Source: Hyaloraphidium curvatum SAG 235-1 (Eukaryota > Fungi > Monoblepharomycota). From it: a stretch of 64,000 bases of DNA. Below the pieces are notes generated by a model, which was given only the letters and a program-made list of their open reading frames with translations, was not told the origin of the DNA and did no database searches. The DNA lies in contig JAIVFI010000017.1 of assembly GCA_025558095.1 (NCBI GenBank), positions 248,001 to 312,000 on the forward strand, given 5' to 3'. Below, piece by piece: positions 20,870 through 34,557 of the stretch. A program made the translations under genes and the position numbers. The stretch's first letter is position 1, and each line of letters starts with the position of its first letter.

Positions 20870-23800
20870 ATGGTCAAGTCCTACCTGCGGTACGCCGAGC
20901 GGGCGGCGTTCGGCGTCATCGCGTCGCCCGACGGCAACGCGGTCTTCCTCGGGCGCGGCGGGCGGCTGGTGGTCGCGCCGGCGCTCGAGCGGTGCGTCGT
21001 GTGGGACGCAAAGACGGCGGCGCGCGTGGCCGAGTGGGCCGACGCCGACGTGCGGCGCGCGCACGTCACCTTCATTGCCGTGGCGCAAAGGGGCGACGTC
21101 GCCGCCGTCGGCTACTCGGACGGCGCGGTGCGGCTGTGGGACACCGCATCCCATTCCCTGAAGGTCGTGCTCAACGGCCACCGCGCGGCAGTGACCGCGC
21201 TGGCATTCGACGCCTCGGGCGGCCGGCTGGCATCGGGCGCCCGCGACACCGACGTCATCGTGTGGGACACCGTGGCGGAGACCGGCGTGGTGAGGCTGCG
21301 CGGGCACAAGAACCTGGTGTCGGGCCTCGCCTTCGTGCCGCACCGGTCTCAGGATGGCGCCGAACCGCGGCCGGAGGACTTCCTGATCTCGGCTTCGACA
21401 GACTCGCTGCTGAAGCTGTGGGACCTGCGCACGCAGCACTGCGTCGAGACCGCCGTCGCGCACCGCTCCGAGCTGTGGGCCATGGCCTACAACCCGGCGA
21501 CGGGTTTCCTGTATACCGCCGCCGCGGACCCGGAGCTGAAAGTGTGGCGGGTGGACCTGGACCTGGTGGCCGCTGAGGCGCCCGCTGCGCAGCCCGCGGG
21601 CGAGGACGGGGAGTCGGCCGCCGCCCGGCCGTCGCCTTTTGTCCCGCTGGGCTCTATTGCTCGCCGCTCTAAGGAGCGCGCCGCCATGCTCCGCCTCGAC
21701 CCGACCGGCACCGTGCTGGGGGTGCAGGCGGCGGACAAGACGGTCGAGTTCATCCGCCTCCTGGACCTCGACGAGGTCAAGAAGCGGCTCGCGCGCAAAC
21801 GCCGGCGGCAACGCGAAAAGGAAAAGGCGGGCAAGGGCAAACCAGCCGCTCCGGACGCGGACGACGACATGCCCGACCCCGGGGCCGGCGACCCCGAGCT
21901 CAACGCCGGCACGCACTTCCGCCCCGCGCACGTGCTCACCCTCCCCGCCAAGGTCCGCTCCTTCGACTTTGCCCTACCCAAGCAACCCGTCCGCGGCTCC
22001 GAACCGTCACTGCTCCTCGCCGCGACCCTCTCCAACAACACTATCGAGCTCTACAACATCCGCACCGAGCAGGGCGCCGAGGAACCCTCCTCCCTCGCCT
22101 ACTCCATCACCCTCCCGGGGCACCGCTCGGACCTCCGCGCCCTCGCTCTCTCGTCCGACGCCGCCCTCCTCCTCTCCGGCTCCTCGGACGGCGCCAAGGT
22201 TTGGAACCTCGCCACCGGTGCCGCCATCCGCACCCTGGCGTCGGGCTACGTGACCTGCTGCGCCTTCGTGCCGGGGGACAAGCACGTCGTCTTGGGGACC
22301 AAGGAGGGCGCGCTGGAGCTGTGGGAGCTGCCCGGTAGCAGCATGCTGGAAAGCCACGAGGCGCACGAGGGGACGCTGTGGGCGATGCAGGTCCGGCCGG
22401 ATAGGAGGGGGCTGGCGACGGGGGGGCAGGACAAGGCGGTCAAGTTCTGGGATTTCGGGTTCGTCGAGAGCAACGGGGTACGTTTGCTGCTCGGTTTCGT
22501 GGTGTTGCGATCGATGTGCTGACTCCGCGCAGACCAAGAAGCTCACCCTCAACCACGTCCGCACGCTGCTCCTCTCGGACCCCGTGCTCGCGCTGTGCCA
22601 CTCCCCCTCGCAATCCTTCCTCGCCGTCTCCCTGCTCGACAGCACCGTCAAGATCTTCCGGCACGACACGCTCAAGTTCCACCTCTCGCTGTACGGCCAC
22701 AAGCTCCCCGTCCTCTCGCTCGACATCTCCTCGGACAACGCGCTCATCGCGACGGGGGGCAGCGACAAGACCGTCAAGATCTGGGGCATGGACTTCGGCG
22801 ACTGCCACCGCAGCCTGATCGCGCACGAGGGCGGCGTCACCGCCCTCAAGTGGGTCTGGGGCACGCACTACCTCTGGACGGTCGGCCGCGACGGCATGGC
22901 CAAGTACTGGGACATGGACGCCAAGGAGATGGTGCAGCAGATTCCCGCGCACCGCTCCGAGGCGTGGTGTCTTGCCGTGGCGCCGCACGGGCGGTTCGTG
23001 GCGACGGGGTCGCACGACAGGAGCGTGAGGGTGCTGGAGCGGACGGACGTGCAGCTGTTCCTGGAAGAGGAGAGGGAGCGGGAGATGGAGGAGGCCGAGG
23101 AGGCGGAGCTGGCCAAGGAGCCGAGGAACGAGGGGGCGATCGGGAGCGGGGTGCCGGACGAGCTGGGCAACCTGCCCGAGAGGGAGGACGGGCCGGACCG
23201 CGCGGGACGCAAGACGGCCGAGGCGCTCAAGGCCGGCGAGGAGATCATGGAAGCCCTGGACGTGTGGGAGGACGACAAGGGCAAGGAGGAAGAGGCGCGC
23301 CGGACCGGGGGCGTTCGCTCGCGAAACCCGTACATCGCCGAGAGCAGGGACCCGGAGATGGAGGCCGAGAAGTACGTGCTCGGCGTCGTCGAGGGCATCC
23401 GGTCGGCGGAGCTGGAGGACGCGCTGCTGGTGCTGCCGTTCGCGAGGGTGACGATGCTGCTGGCCGTTTTGTGCGTCTGGGTCGAGAGGGTGAGTTGTCC
23501 GAATCGTGCCGTGGGGCGGCAAGCACACAGTGTGTACAACGCGATCCTTGCCCATGGGTCACCGTTGAAGTGGAACTCGTGCGAGATTCTTGGCGGCTCT
23601 GCAATTTTGGGCAGCTTTGCTAACCTGATGGCTTGCAGGGATGGAACGTTCCTTTGACTTCACGGATCCTACTCATCCTGTTGCGGACCCACCACAACCA
23701 GCTGGTCGCAACACGCCTGCTCAGGCCTACCTTGGGCAAGATCCAACGTTGGATGCGGCAGAACCTCGAGAAGCAAAAGGTGAGGGTTTGCTTCGTCCAG

Positions 23801-24009
23801 CGGTCTTGTTCGGCGGAGCTGACGGCGTCGGTCAGTCTATGCTCGGATTCAATCTCGCGGCGCTCAAGTTCATCAAGGGCGATTGGATCGCGGCACATTC
23901 CGGGATCTCGGACCTCGTGGACGGCGAGCAGCCGGAACCGGAGAAGGAGGCGCCGGTCGGGAAGGCTGGCAAGCGGAACAAGCGGAAACGGGTAGTGATC
24001 AAGAGCTGA
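20870..24009 (+). CDS. DIP2: U3 snoRNA-associated WD40 protein Dip2/Utp12 (WDR3), multi-exon
   Basis: MVKSYLRY start, many WD repeats, LSLYGHKLPVLSLDIS, DFGDCHRSL, and the C-terminal Utp12 domain (LEDALLVLPF, GFNLAALKFI). Confidence 0.95.
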
Positions 24010-24102
24010 TGAGAAAGGAGTATCTACGGATACTGTGTGACAATGTACAGCATGAGGAGTTGATCTGAGGCATGGTCATCAATCGTCAGAGTTTGTGCGA
24101 AA

Positions 24103-27100
24103 CTAAACCCGAATCCGCTTCTTCCGCTGCTCAGCGAGGAAGTCGAACATGTCCTGCTTCCGTTTCGCGACAACGGGAACGTTCGGAGGCTCCCGGGGCC
24201 CCACACGGCAGGTAGAGTTCAGCGAGTACGTTTTGCCGCCAATGACGGCGTGGAGGAGGTTCTTGCTGAGCCGCGAGCGCACGTCCTTGCCAGGAAGTCC
24301 GCGCTCCTTGAGCAGCAGGCGCAGGTTGATCTCGATGTACTCGAGTCCTGCGCCGGCGATGGTGTAGTGGTCCGTCTCGCCGTGCCGGCAGAGGATGACG
24401 TCCGAGCTCGGTGCCACAACGGGACCTTCATCGCACGGGGTCGGTGCTGCGCTCGCGGACTCGCCGAAAGAGCACGGGACCTGCTCGCTGGCATGCAGCG
24501 AATCCCACGTGCGGCTGATGAGGGCCTTGGGGAAGCGGGGGAACACGCGGTCGACCACGTTGCGGAACGCAGGTCCGTACTCGCGCACGCCCTGGGCAAG
24601 CGGAGCGTCGTCAGGCGGGCTATGCACACGGTTATGGCAGCTCGACGCACAGTAATGAGCAGTTCCTTCTCGATCAGCTTCAGGGGCTGGACTTGGTTCA
24701 AGTGCATGCGCTGCGAGCCTTCGTAAGCAAAGGCAGCTGCAAGACTTCGGCTACAAGGCGCACCTTGACCTCGTTGTCCGGGCCTCGGCGGCAAACCAGA
24801 TTCTTGTGCCGGGCTTTGAGCTGCTTGCTGGTCCTCGTGGGCAAGCAGTAAGCTGCACCGCCGTTCAAAGTCAGCCGATCACAGGACGACCAACGCAGCG
24901 CGTCCAACCTTGTATCTCGTTCCAGTCATCCGATCCGAACTTGAAAATGCCGAGCGCAAGCAGAGAGTCCTCCTCGGGCATCATGATCAGCCGGCCCTTG
25001 CGCATCCTGATGATCTGCGGCACAAGCTCCGGGACGAAAACGCCCTTGCACATGTCTATCGTTTTCTGGACCGACTCGGGGAGGATGAGCTCCTTCCTTC
25101 CGCCCCGTGCCTCCTTGGTCTTGGCCCCCTCCGCCTCCTTCTCCAGCTTGGTCCGGTACTTGGCGATCTCTTTCCGCGTGTACGGGTACGCGAACTTCTG
25201 GATGAAGACCGCCGCCTTCGGGGCCGCCTGGTCCACGGGCATCTGGAGAATCTTGGGCACGAGCGCCAGACCCGGGAGCCAGAAGTGCGAGTTTTCGCGC
25301 TGCTGCGTGCGCGCCAGCTTCTGGGCCCATTCGCCGTCCGTCTTCATCAGTTGCTGCGCGCAAACGACCACGGTCAGCAGGCAAAGGAAGGCAGGCTCAA
25401 CGAGGCTCTTACCAGCTGGTGGCGCCAAATGCCGGCGTCGTTCGACTGCGGTCCATGTAGCGCACTCTGGATCGCGTAAGCCTGCGTGACGATCTGGAAG
25501 TTCTGGGTCATCTGGGTCTTGAGCGTCGCAATCTGCTGCTCCGTGAAGATCCTGGCAACGCATGTGAGGATAAGGCTACAAGCTGGGCGCATCAAGGCTT
25601 ACTTCTGTCCCGTGGAGCCCGCCCAGGCGTTGCTAGGAACATTGTCGACGACGGATTCGAGACCGAGGCTGGCCAAGAAGTCGGCATTCTCGCGCAGAAG
25701 TGCCTCGATTTCATCCCCTGCAATGAGGTGTTCAGCAATGATTCGTGTGGCTGCGATGACACAACTCACGGGGAACGGCAAAGTTCTCCACCTCCGCCTC
25801 CTCTCCCTCGGCAAGGTTCTCGGGGTTGTCAAACTCGGCGTCGTCGTCGTCCATGGGCCACGGCGACGGCGCTCGCTGGCTGGCCGCGTCGGCGGTGGAG
25901 CCGCGGACGGTGTCCTGCAGGGACTTGACGAAGGAGTTGTAGCGAGCCTGGTCGACATCCATGTGCAGGCTGTTGAGCAGGGAGTACGGGAGCAGATCTG
26001 GAGGAGATCGATGAGACGGGTTCCTCGGTCGGGCCAAGGCGACAACCTTCGAGCGTCTGAAGATCGAAGTTCTCCAGGGAAAGCCTCTGCCGGGTGCGCT
26101 TGAAAATGGGGTCGTCCGTGGGCAGCACGGCATCGATGGTAAGCTGGGGCTCGGAGTTGAGGAGCTTGGAATCGTCCTGAAGCATCAACTCGATCTCCTC
26201 GTCCAGAGAAATGTCGCCGCTGCGGGGACACGGGTCAACAAAACGAATCAGCCCAGCGGCGCGGCAGCTCACGGGTTCGGCCCTGCGGAAGAAGGCGGTT
26301 CATCGTGCGCAGTGTCCGTCTGCGGAACAACGTCCTCGGAGAAGAAGGCCAGGCCTTCCGAGCCTTCGAGCAGCGCCGACAGGGCCGCCGTAACATCGTC
26401 GTGCTTCTCCTGCAGGGAGCTCCCCAGCTCGACGTGCGGTTCCGACTCGGCAGTGCTCAACAGGGGGAAAACATAGGGCGAGAGTATGTCATTGTCGAGC
26501 TGCCTCCCGAGGTCCTCGCTGCCGGGGATCAGGATCGGAGGCGGCGCGGCCTTCCTGCGCGACGGCGGTGGCATCGCTGCCGCTTCCCGCAGAATGTCGT
26601 CGAGCTCCAGGATTCCTGGTGTCGAATGATCCATGCCATCCATGTTCAGGGCTTGCGATCCGCCGTCCGCGTGCATCTGGGTGGATTGAAACTCCACACC
26701 GAGGAAGCTCGACAGAAAGTCATTGTCCCACTCCGCAACGGAAGACGGCTCCGCCTGCTGCAAACCCTCCACGCCGAAGAGCTGGTGGTCCATGCCAAAG
26801 TCCGCAAAGTCGGACGGAGTCTCGGCCACAGACATGAGGTCGAACTGGATGTTGCTGTCGACAACTCCAGCCGGCTTATGCTCGTTACCGACGGATGTCG
26901 AAGCTCGCCGCGCTGGCTTCTTGGCCGCCGGTACAGCGGGTGCGCTGGCGCGCTTCGCACGCGACGGGCGCTTCTTGGGAAGGAGACCTGGCTTGGCCGA
27001 CTGCAAGTGCGTGGCGAGGCCGACGCGGGCTGCCGACAGGAGCATGTCGTCTTCGAAAGCCGTCTGGAACGACGGCGTTTCCGATTGCGGCGTCGAAGGC

Positions 27101-27960
27101 GTTACGGAGCGCGGAGATTGGACCGCGTGGCGATCCGTAAGAGATTGCGTAGGCTTGGCCAGCGGTCGAGGCACGTTGGCCGGCATAGGGATGGCCAGAG
27201 GGGTGGGGAGCGAAGCAGGCCTCGAGATCTGAGGCGGGGGCTTGATAAGAGACATGAGAGTCATCCTCGATGCACCCTGCTGGTTGTCCTTGGGGGCAGC
27301 TGGTGCTGGTGCGGCCGGCGGTGGTAGCTGTGCGGCCGAAACCGTCGCAGCCGAGCTCGGCCGATGCGCCGGGACAAAGTGCTGGGAGGCACTTCCGCCG
27401 AGTTGAGCCCCGTTCGGTCTCTCCTGCAGTGCCTCGCGGCTCCCTTGGGCGGGGATGGGCCCCGAAAGCGGCCGTGGGACGGCCGACACAGGCACGTTCG
27501 GAGGCCGAGATCCGTCCTTGCGCGACGAATCCAGGACGACGACCGGCGGGGTGTTCGATCCGGAAGACGAAGATCCGACGGAAGCGGCGGCCGGAGGGCG
27601 CTGCTGCGCGGGCGGCGAGCCCTTCTCCGATGGCACGTTCTCGGCGTCGGCCTTCTTGGCGGCCTTCTTCTTCTTCTTCCGAGCCGGGCCCTGGTTGCCG
27701 AGCGGCGGACCGATGCGCTGCTCGGCGATGATGCGCAGCCGCAGCTCCTCGTGGCGCTGCTTGCACTGGTCCAGCGTGCGGCCCGACAGGCCGTGGGCGA
27801 CGAGGTTCCACTTGTCGCCGTGCTTCTCGACGAGGTCGAGCAGCATGTGGTCCTCGAACGCGCTCCACGGGCCGCTCTTGGCCACCTTCGAGCCGCGGCG
27901 CTCGGCGGTGCCGGCCGCGCGGCCCGCCGGCCCGGCGGACGACGACGCCGGCGAGCCCAT
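24103..27960 (-). CDS. Myb/SANT protein with a GON4L/DUO3-like conserved region, multi-exon
   Basis: N-terminal Myb (GPWSAFEDHMLLDLVEKHGDKW...GRTLDQCKQR). FTEQQIATLKTQMTQNFQIVTQ and PEEDSLLALGIFKFG...LPTRTSKQLKARHKNLVCRRGPDNEVK resemble GON4L-family motifs. Confidence 0.7.
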
Positions 27961-28168
27961 GCCGTCCACGCGAATCTTGGCCCGCGCTCGCCCTGCGCCG
28001 ACGCCTCACTCGCCCCGCAGCGCCGCCGTCACAGTGTCGGCAGCCTGCTGGACGAGGTACAGGTCAGGGGACGTGGTGAATTCGCGGTGTTGAACCGCGG
28101 TTGAATAAAGGCAGCTCTCATCAACCGCACTTCGCCGACCTCGCTCGACCTGCGCCGGGCAGCAATTG

Positions 28169-29770
28169 ATGGCGGAGCAAGCGGACGATGACAATTTCGG
28201 AGATTTCGGCGAGGTCGAACCCGCGGCGGACGAGTTCGACGCGTTTGAAGAGCCCGTCCACGCCGAGTCGCGTGAAGTGCCGGACCGCCCCGAGTCGACG
28301 CAGAAGGACGAGCCCGGAGCTGCGGAACACGCCGAGCCGAAATCTGCCTCGAGCTCTGCCTTCGATGACCTCTTTGATTTCCGGGACTCTTTCTCCGCGG
28401 TGCCCCCGGAGGGCGCGATTGTGAACGCGTCGAAGCAACTCGAAGCAGACGCTGCTCCGAGCCCCGCTGTCTTTTCCGGAGAAGCTCAGGACGCTGGTAG
28501 TCTGCTTCGGACGGACTCTGCTGCCGAGGGCGAGTTTTTCGGTCAAGGGGAGACCGAGGTCGTGGGCTCCAGCGCGGAGGCACCGGCGGAAGACGGGACG
28601 GTCTCGGCACCTCTTGAAGACGGGACCCTTTCCGTTCAGAGGGCACCAGTAGCAGACCTAGCTTCTCCATCCCTTCCAAATAGCTCTCCTGAACTCGGCG
28701 ACGCCGTCGCCGTTGTTGAGGGCGAAGAACAACTTGGGAGCCCTCGGACATTTGCTTCCACGGCATCGCCCGTTATCCCCAATGTGGAAGCGGGATATTC
28801 GTCAGCAGCATCGGCACCCATTGAGGCAACTGATGGCGGCGATGTTGACGACGATTTTGGAGATTTCGGAGAAGTGGACGAAACGGCCTCCGCGGGCCCG
28901 GCGTCTCCGATAACCGCGAGAGCACCGCCTGCCGAAGCCCCCGAAACTCTTGGTGCAGCGCCTGACGCGATTGAAGATCGCCAGCAAGCGAGAACATTCG
29001 GCCGTGTGGACTTTTCGTCTGCGGGGGCCATGGCGACTTCATTGAGTTCCCTTTTCGAGGCACTATTTCCCGTCCAGGACGACACGCCTCCGGCAGCGGG
29101 CGATTCGGAACCGTCGAGGCCGCTCCTTGTGGAACGCATGGACGGCAACGGACGCCTTTACCTGGCACCGAATCCGGAGCGCAAGGACGAGGAGTGGTAC
29201 GCGGATTGGCAGCGCCTGGTGGACGCGCCGACGTACGACGAGGAGACGGGTTTGCCACTGTTCCAGTGGCGAAGGAGCCAGATCCGCAAGACGTGGCTGA
29301 AGGCGCTCCAGGTGCCGGTGAATCTGGACGACGTGGGTTCAAAAATCCGTTGGGCGCGAGCACCAGGACTTACGTCCATTGCTTGTTGCCCCAATGCCGC
29401 AGATCTACGCGCCTCCAAAGTCCGTTCGGTCAAAAGCACCATCCGAAGCGAACGTCGAGCAGCCGAAGGCATCATCGGCAGACCCCCTCGCCGCGCGAGC
29501 CTTGGGCATGGACGAGACCGATCTGCGCCAGCTCAGTGTTCTCCAGCTGCGCGACATGGTGAACGCGTTGACCAAGGCCGTGAAGGAGGAGAGCAACGGC
29601 TACAACAAGCTGTTGGACCGGAAGCAGCGGTTGGCTGACGGTGACAGTCTTCGCGGCTTCCCGTACGCCCACCTCTGACGCCGCCTCATTCAGAATCCGA
29701 TCGACACAACAAAATGATCGCAACGCTGGTACAGATCGCTCAGGCTCAGTCTGTAAAGGGCAAAAGATAG
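28169..29770 (+). CDS. AP-1 accessory protein, Laa2/YBL010C (DUF5102)-like
   Basis: Two acidic FGDFGEV gamma-adaptin-ear motifs, FQWRRSQIRKTWLKALQVPVNLDD, and a C-terminal coiled coil over two further exons. TAG at 29768-29770. Confidence 0.7.
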
Positions 29771-29956
29771 ATCTGCTTGTGTGGTGATCAATTTCCACCC
29801 CTATGGTGATACTCGCGAGCTCACGCCGCGCAGGGAGCAGAGCGCGTTCCCAGTTCGCCCTTTCCTTGCCGCGGCTCGGCCGCCCGCAGCGAGCTATACG
29901 ACGTGATCTTCATTCTTCAAACGACCCCTTGCCATCTCGTCGCGCCGGCTCCCGTC

Positions 29957-32900
29957 ATGATGGCGAGGGCCATGGAGAACGGCTCGGAGGACGCGCCGCC
30001 GTCGGGCGCTCTCCCGCCGCTCCAGTGGAAGCAGCTCCAGGAAAGCTTTGAGAGAGGGGAAACGGGAGCTTCCGACGCGAATCTGCCCGCTCCCCGGCAC
30101 GGCCACCGCTGTGTGCTCATGAATCTCGACGGCGGCGGAAAGGAGGACGCGGTTGAAAACGGCGAGGGGCCGGCGGAGGGCGGACTCCCGCCAGGCCCGC
30201 AAATGCTCTCCCTTTTCGGAGGTGACAATGGTCTTTTCAACGAGTTTTGGAGCTACGGCCTCGGTGCGGACTCGCGGTGTGGGCGTCGCGACGCTCGAGT
30301 AACGGTTCCCCCCGCAGAAACGGGAAAGTGGCAGAAGCTCGTTGCCCACCCCGAAGACGACGTGAGCCCGACTGCTGCCTTTGCCGTCGCCACGGCGGGC
30401 AGCAAAGTGTACATGTACGGCGGCGTTCAGGAGGGCGAGAAGCACGACTACATGATCAGCTCGGTTCGTGCTGACCGGACGCAACGTACTGCAATGCCTC
30501 TAACCGCGGCCATCACAGCTTTTCGAGCTGGATGTTTCCACCATGGAGTTCCAAATCCTTTACGAAGAAGCCGAAAGCTCCGACGAGGAAAGGAAGCCTC
30601 TGCGCGACGCCCCCGATTCGTGCCTTGGTGCCGCCATGGTCCACGTTCCGCCGCGCGACAGCAAAGTCAAGGACCAACCTGGGAAGCTCTACGTGTTTGG
30701 TGGTCTCAATGCAGACCACGCGCCGTTGGATCAGCTCCTCTCGTTCGATCTCGCGACCAGGAAATGGGCCACCATCGACGCCAAAGGCGCTGAGCCCGGC
30801 CAATTGCCTCAGGCTAGGGAATCGGCTTCAATGGTGCTTTGGGACAATGGCAACAGCAGGAGTCTCATTCTGTACGGAGGCATGGTCCGGGAGGAAGCTC
30901 ACTCACGACAAAGGCGGGCGAATGACGTCTGGGCGCTACACATTGGCACGTATCGCGCCTCTCTCGATGTGCTGGCGGTCTCCTGATCGGCTTCATCCAT
31001 CTTCTAGATGAGAATCCTCCACGCTGGGAGGAGCTGACGCCACGAGGGAAGGTCCTCCCGAATGGTCGATCCCTGCACACAGCGCACATCCAGGAAAACA
31101 AGATGATCGTGTTCGGCGGCTGGACCGAGGTCCTCCTTCAGACGGGCGATTTTCAGTGGGAAGCGGAGGGCTCGACCTGGATCTTGGACCTGGAGACCAT
31201 GGAATGGTCGGAGCGGAAGGCGGTCGATGGACCCAATCCTCGTGCTGGACACGGCTCCGTGCTGGTGAGGCCGCTCCGTGCCGGCAACCTTGTGCGCCTC
31301 ACACGCCTCACATGGTCGCTTTCAGCACGGGTGCGAACTCACCGTCTTCGGCGGCAACATCGTTTGGGAAATCGGCCTACTTGCCGAGTGCGGCAACGAC
31401 CTTTGGCAAGTGCGAGTGGCTCCGCCGCTCCCCGCGGTGGACGTTGCCGTCGATGCCGGCCCGGATTCGGCGCGCATCACGTGGTCGGATCGCTATCCTT
31501 CTCAAACGGACGGGTATCAGGTCCAAGTCACGGACGCTGTCACGGGCGAAAGGTTCAAGGGCTTCACCACCGGGACCGAACTGACGGTCTCTGACTTGAA
31601 TCCCACGACCTCTTATTTCGTCGAGCTTTTCTCTTCGAACGAAGTCGGCAAGAGCGACTGGTGGGGTCCATCGAAACGTGTGGAATTCAAGACGGCCAGA
31701 GGTACGTGCGCCGGCTGCAGCTCCGGTCCTTTGGCTCAAATTCTCACAGCCGAGCAAGCGCGGCCCAAGATCATTGCCGTCGAACCTTCCGGCAAAGCTG
31801 TGCGCATTCAGTGGCAAGTAGTCGGAAAGCAGCAACCCGGCCAAACCAAGAAAGTCAAGGTGTCTGCAGCACTTGCTTCCGTCCGAGGAGCGAGCGCCGA
31901 CGACGATGCGGCGCCAAAGAAGGCACGCAAGTCGGTCGGAGACAGGGTGACTGCGAGTGCGGGCTTTGAGGCCGAAGGCGAGCGCGTCTGGGTCACTGTC
32001 GACGAGGCTTCTGCGCAGGGAGAACTCTCGGTGGATCTGGACAGGCTTTGGGACAAGCTGCTCGTGAAATCGCATTCGTGGCATCTTGCCGAGCGGTATC
32101 TGTCGGACCAGGTCGGTGCGGTTCACGCGAAGCGGACCGCCGAGGCTTCGACAAAGATTGGCCACAAGAGGCCGAGGCCCGACGAGGAGAACGGAGAGGT
32201 TTCGATCGACTTCACGCTCGGCGTCGAATTCCGCATCGAGCTCCTCGACAAGTCGGGAGCCGGCGAGCCTTCGGATACGGCCGCATGCTCCCTCACGCGT
32301 ACACTTTCGAAGGCCATTCCGGAAGTGGACGTTGTCCCTCCCACGGACGAGAGGGAGTTGCTATCTCAGACCGTGCAAAGCGCCGGAGACGCCATGGACA
32401 CCGCAGAAGCTTTGGAAATCGCCGTCGACGAGGTTCCTGCGGAGTCGAAAGGCGCAGAACCTTTGGAAGTTCCTGAAGCTTCGGAAGAGCAAGCAGCCAC
32501 GGCAGGAACTGTCGAGCCGCCAAAGAGGAAAAGAGGCCGCCCGTCCAAGGCCAAGGATGCCGAGGAAGAGCCCCTCGCAGCGGACCAGGCAGCGCCCGAG
32601 CAGAAGCCCGTCGTCGCCGAGCAGCCGGCGGCAGAAGCTGAAGCGACGCCGACGGTCAAGAAAAAGCTCGGGCGGCCTCCGAAGGTCAAGCTCGAAGACG
32701 GCGCTGTGGCGGAACCAACTGCGCGCCAGAGAACCCCGTCGGCCGGTCACCCGAAGCCTCAGATCGACGAACAACCGAAAGATGAATCCGGAACGTTCGA
32801 CCCGCTCGCGCTAAAGTATGGTACCGAGATCCGAATCTTTGCTGAGGAGTTCGACGAGTGGTACCGGTATGCGGCTCTATGGTACGCGAACGCCAATCTC

Positions 32901-33350
32901 ATGGACGGTAAAGGGAACGTTGCCGAGACGGGCCTCGTTCTTTTTGCGCATCCTCTCGGATGGGACGTGAAGGAGGACGTTTACGTGTTTTTGAACGAAG
33001 ACGGCAGGAACATCATCCGGGCGAAGGAGAAGAAACCCGCGCCTTTCACGGACAAGCGGCAGCTTGAGCTGGAGGGAAAGCAAGCGTGCTGGTTCGAGCC
33101 GGATGCAACATTATTCGTGGAGAACGTGAAGCCGTCGGGCTGGGGCATAACGTTGGCGGACGTCGACGCCATTCGCAGCGGACCGTGGATCAGGACCGTC
33201 TGGAAGGTCCCCCCCCTCAAGCCCAAGAACTGCGCATGCGGTGCGCAGAGAGGACTGGTCGAGTTTCTCGTGGAGAAGCCGCCGGCGGGCAAGCGCAAGT
33301 CACGCGGGGGCGCCCGGGCGGATACCCCCGAGAGCATCGAATCAAAATGA
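29957..33350 (+). CDS. Host cell factor (HCF)-like Kelch + Fn3 protein with AT-hooks and a C-terminal Tudor/chromo-barrel-like domain
   Basis: Kelch repeats PAPRHGHRCV...LFGG, ARESASMV...LYGGM, GRSLHTAH...MIVFGGW, PRAGHGSV. Fn3 (ITWS...DGYQVQV...VSDLNPTTSYFVELFSSNEVGKS). KRGRPSK and KLGRPPK. Confidence 0.75.
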
Positions 33351-33436
33351 GGAGCCTTGGGACTTTGAGGCCCACCGATCCGCGCAATACCCGGACACAG
33401 GCGTAGGATGGGCAATGTCTTGATGGAAGAGCCGAA

Positions 33437-34557
33437 CTAGTAACTACCCTTTGTTGCAACGCACCGATACACCTTGTACCTATGATTGGTCCCCTTGAGG
33501 CAGTGCACTTTCAGGTCTCTGGTGTACCCGGCCGATCTCCTGCCCTCCTCGGGGAGGTCGTCGAAGGGCTGGATGAAAAACACCCTGCTGACACGCGAAT
33601 GCACGAGCGCCATCGCGCACATTATGCAGGGTTCGCGGAAGGTGAACACGTCGTACGTGGTGCAGAGGTATGGCTGCACGCTCCGGTCCTCATCCAAGCC
33701 GGCCGCCCGGATCTCCGCCCTCCGCTTCCTCTCCGCGGCAGCGACATCCTCAACAGCCTCCATGACGGCATGCCGTAAGGGCCGGCCGCTCGACTTGCTG
33801 CGGTCGATCCCCCAACCCATGAGCCTCCCTCGGCCGTGCTCATAAGGCACGAGGCCCAGTATGCCCTGCGCCGTCGGCTTTGTCCCCACCGGGAACGGAT
33901 CGACGATCAATGTCGCAGATCGGACTCCCTCCAGCTCGCCCTGTTCGGCTCTGGATAGGCATTCGCGGACCCATTCCGAAAGGACCGCGGCTTGGCCCTC
34001 GTCGATCACATCATCCTGCGCTTGCGAGCGATCAGGCTGCAGGTAGTCCGTCGGCCAGTGCGTCCGCCATTCGTCCCTTTCCTCCAAGGATTGCGGGGCC
34101 CACCGCGGCACAGGACAGCGGAGAAGGTCCGTCGCAACCCCGTCGAGCGGCAAACCCAGCAGCTCGGGCAACGAGCTCCTCAAGTCCTCCTCGGTGACCA
34201 GGTCCGACTCCGGGGCGACGAGGATATCCACGGCAGGAGGCGTCACGGCGGGTTTGCGCACCCGTTTCAGGTGGGCAAATTCGTCCAGGGGGTACTGCGC
34301 GTGCAAGTGCCTGCGGAAGCGGGTTTGAGGACATGGCGCCGGAAGAGGCAATCGCACTTGCTTCAGCAATCGGCTGCATTCCTTTGGCGAAACCCTAACT
34401 GCGAAGACGTCGACTAGAAACGTTGGAAGGCGCGATCGACGGGGCAACTCGCGTCAGACGCGGGAACGCCGCAGAAAACGGGCATGCAACACTGACTAAG
34501 CTCAAGGCCCGTCGGACGTTCATCAGCTGGCGCGACGATGGGCTCGAATCGGTACAT
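33437..34557 (-). CDS. TAD3: tRNA-specific adenosine deaminase subunit Tad3/ADAT3
   Basis: First exon MYRFEPIVAP...LEL spliced to IDVFAVRV; HLKRVRK, WP, RHAVM (catalytic Glu replaced by Val), YLCT...EPCIMCAMALVHSR, NHRYKVY. Confidence 0.92.

Noticed and set aside
33760-33790. Deaminase lacking the catalytic Glu (HAV instead of HAE)
   Set aside because: Expected for the non-catalytic Tad3/ADAT3 subunit; not a pseudogene.
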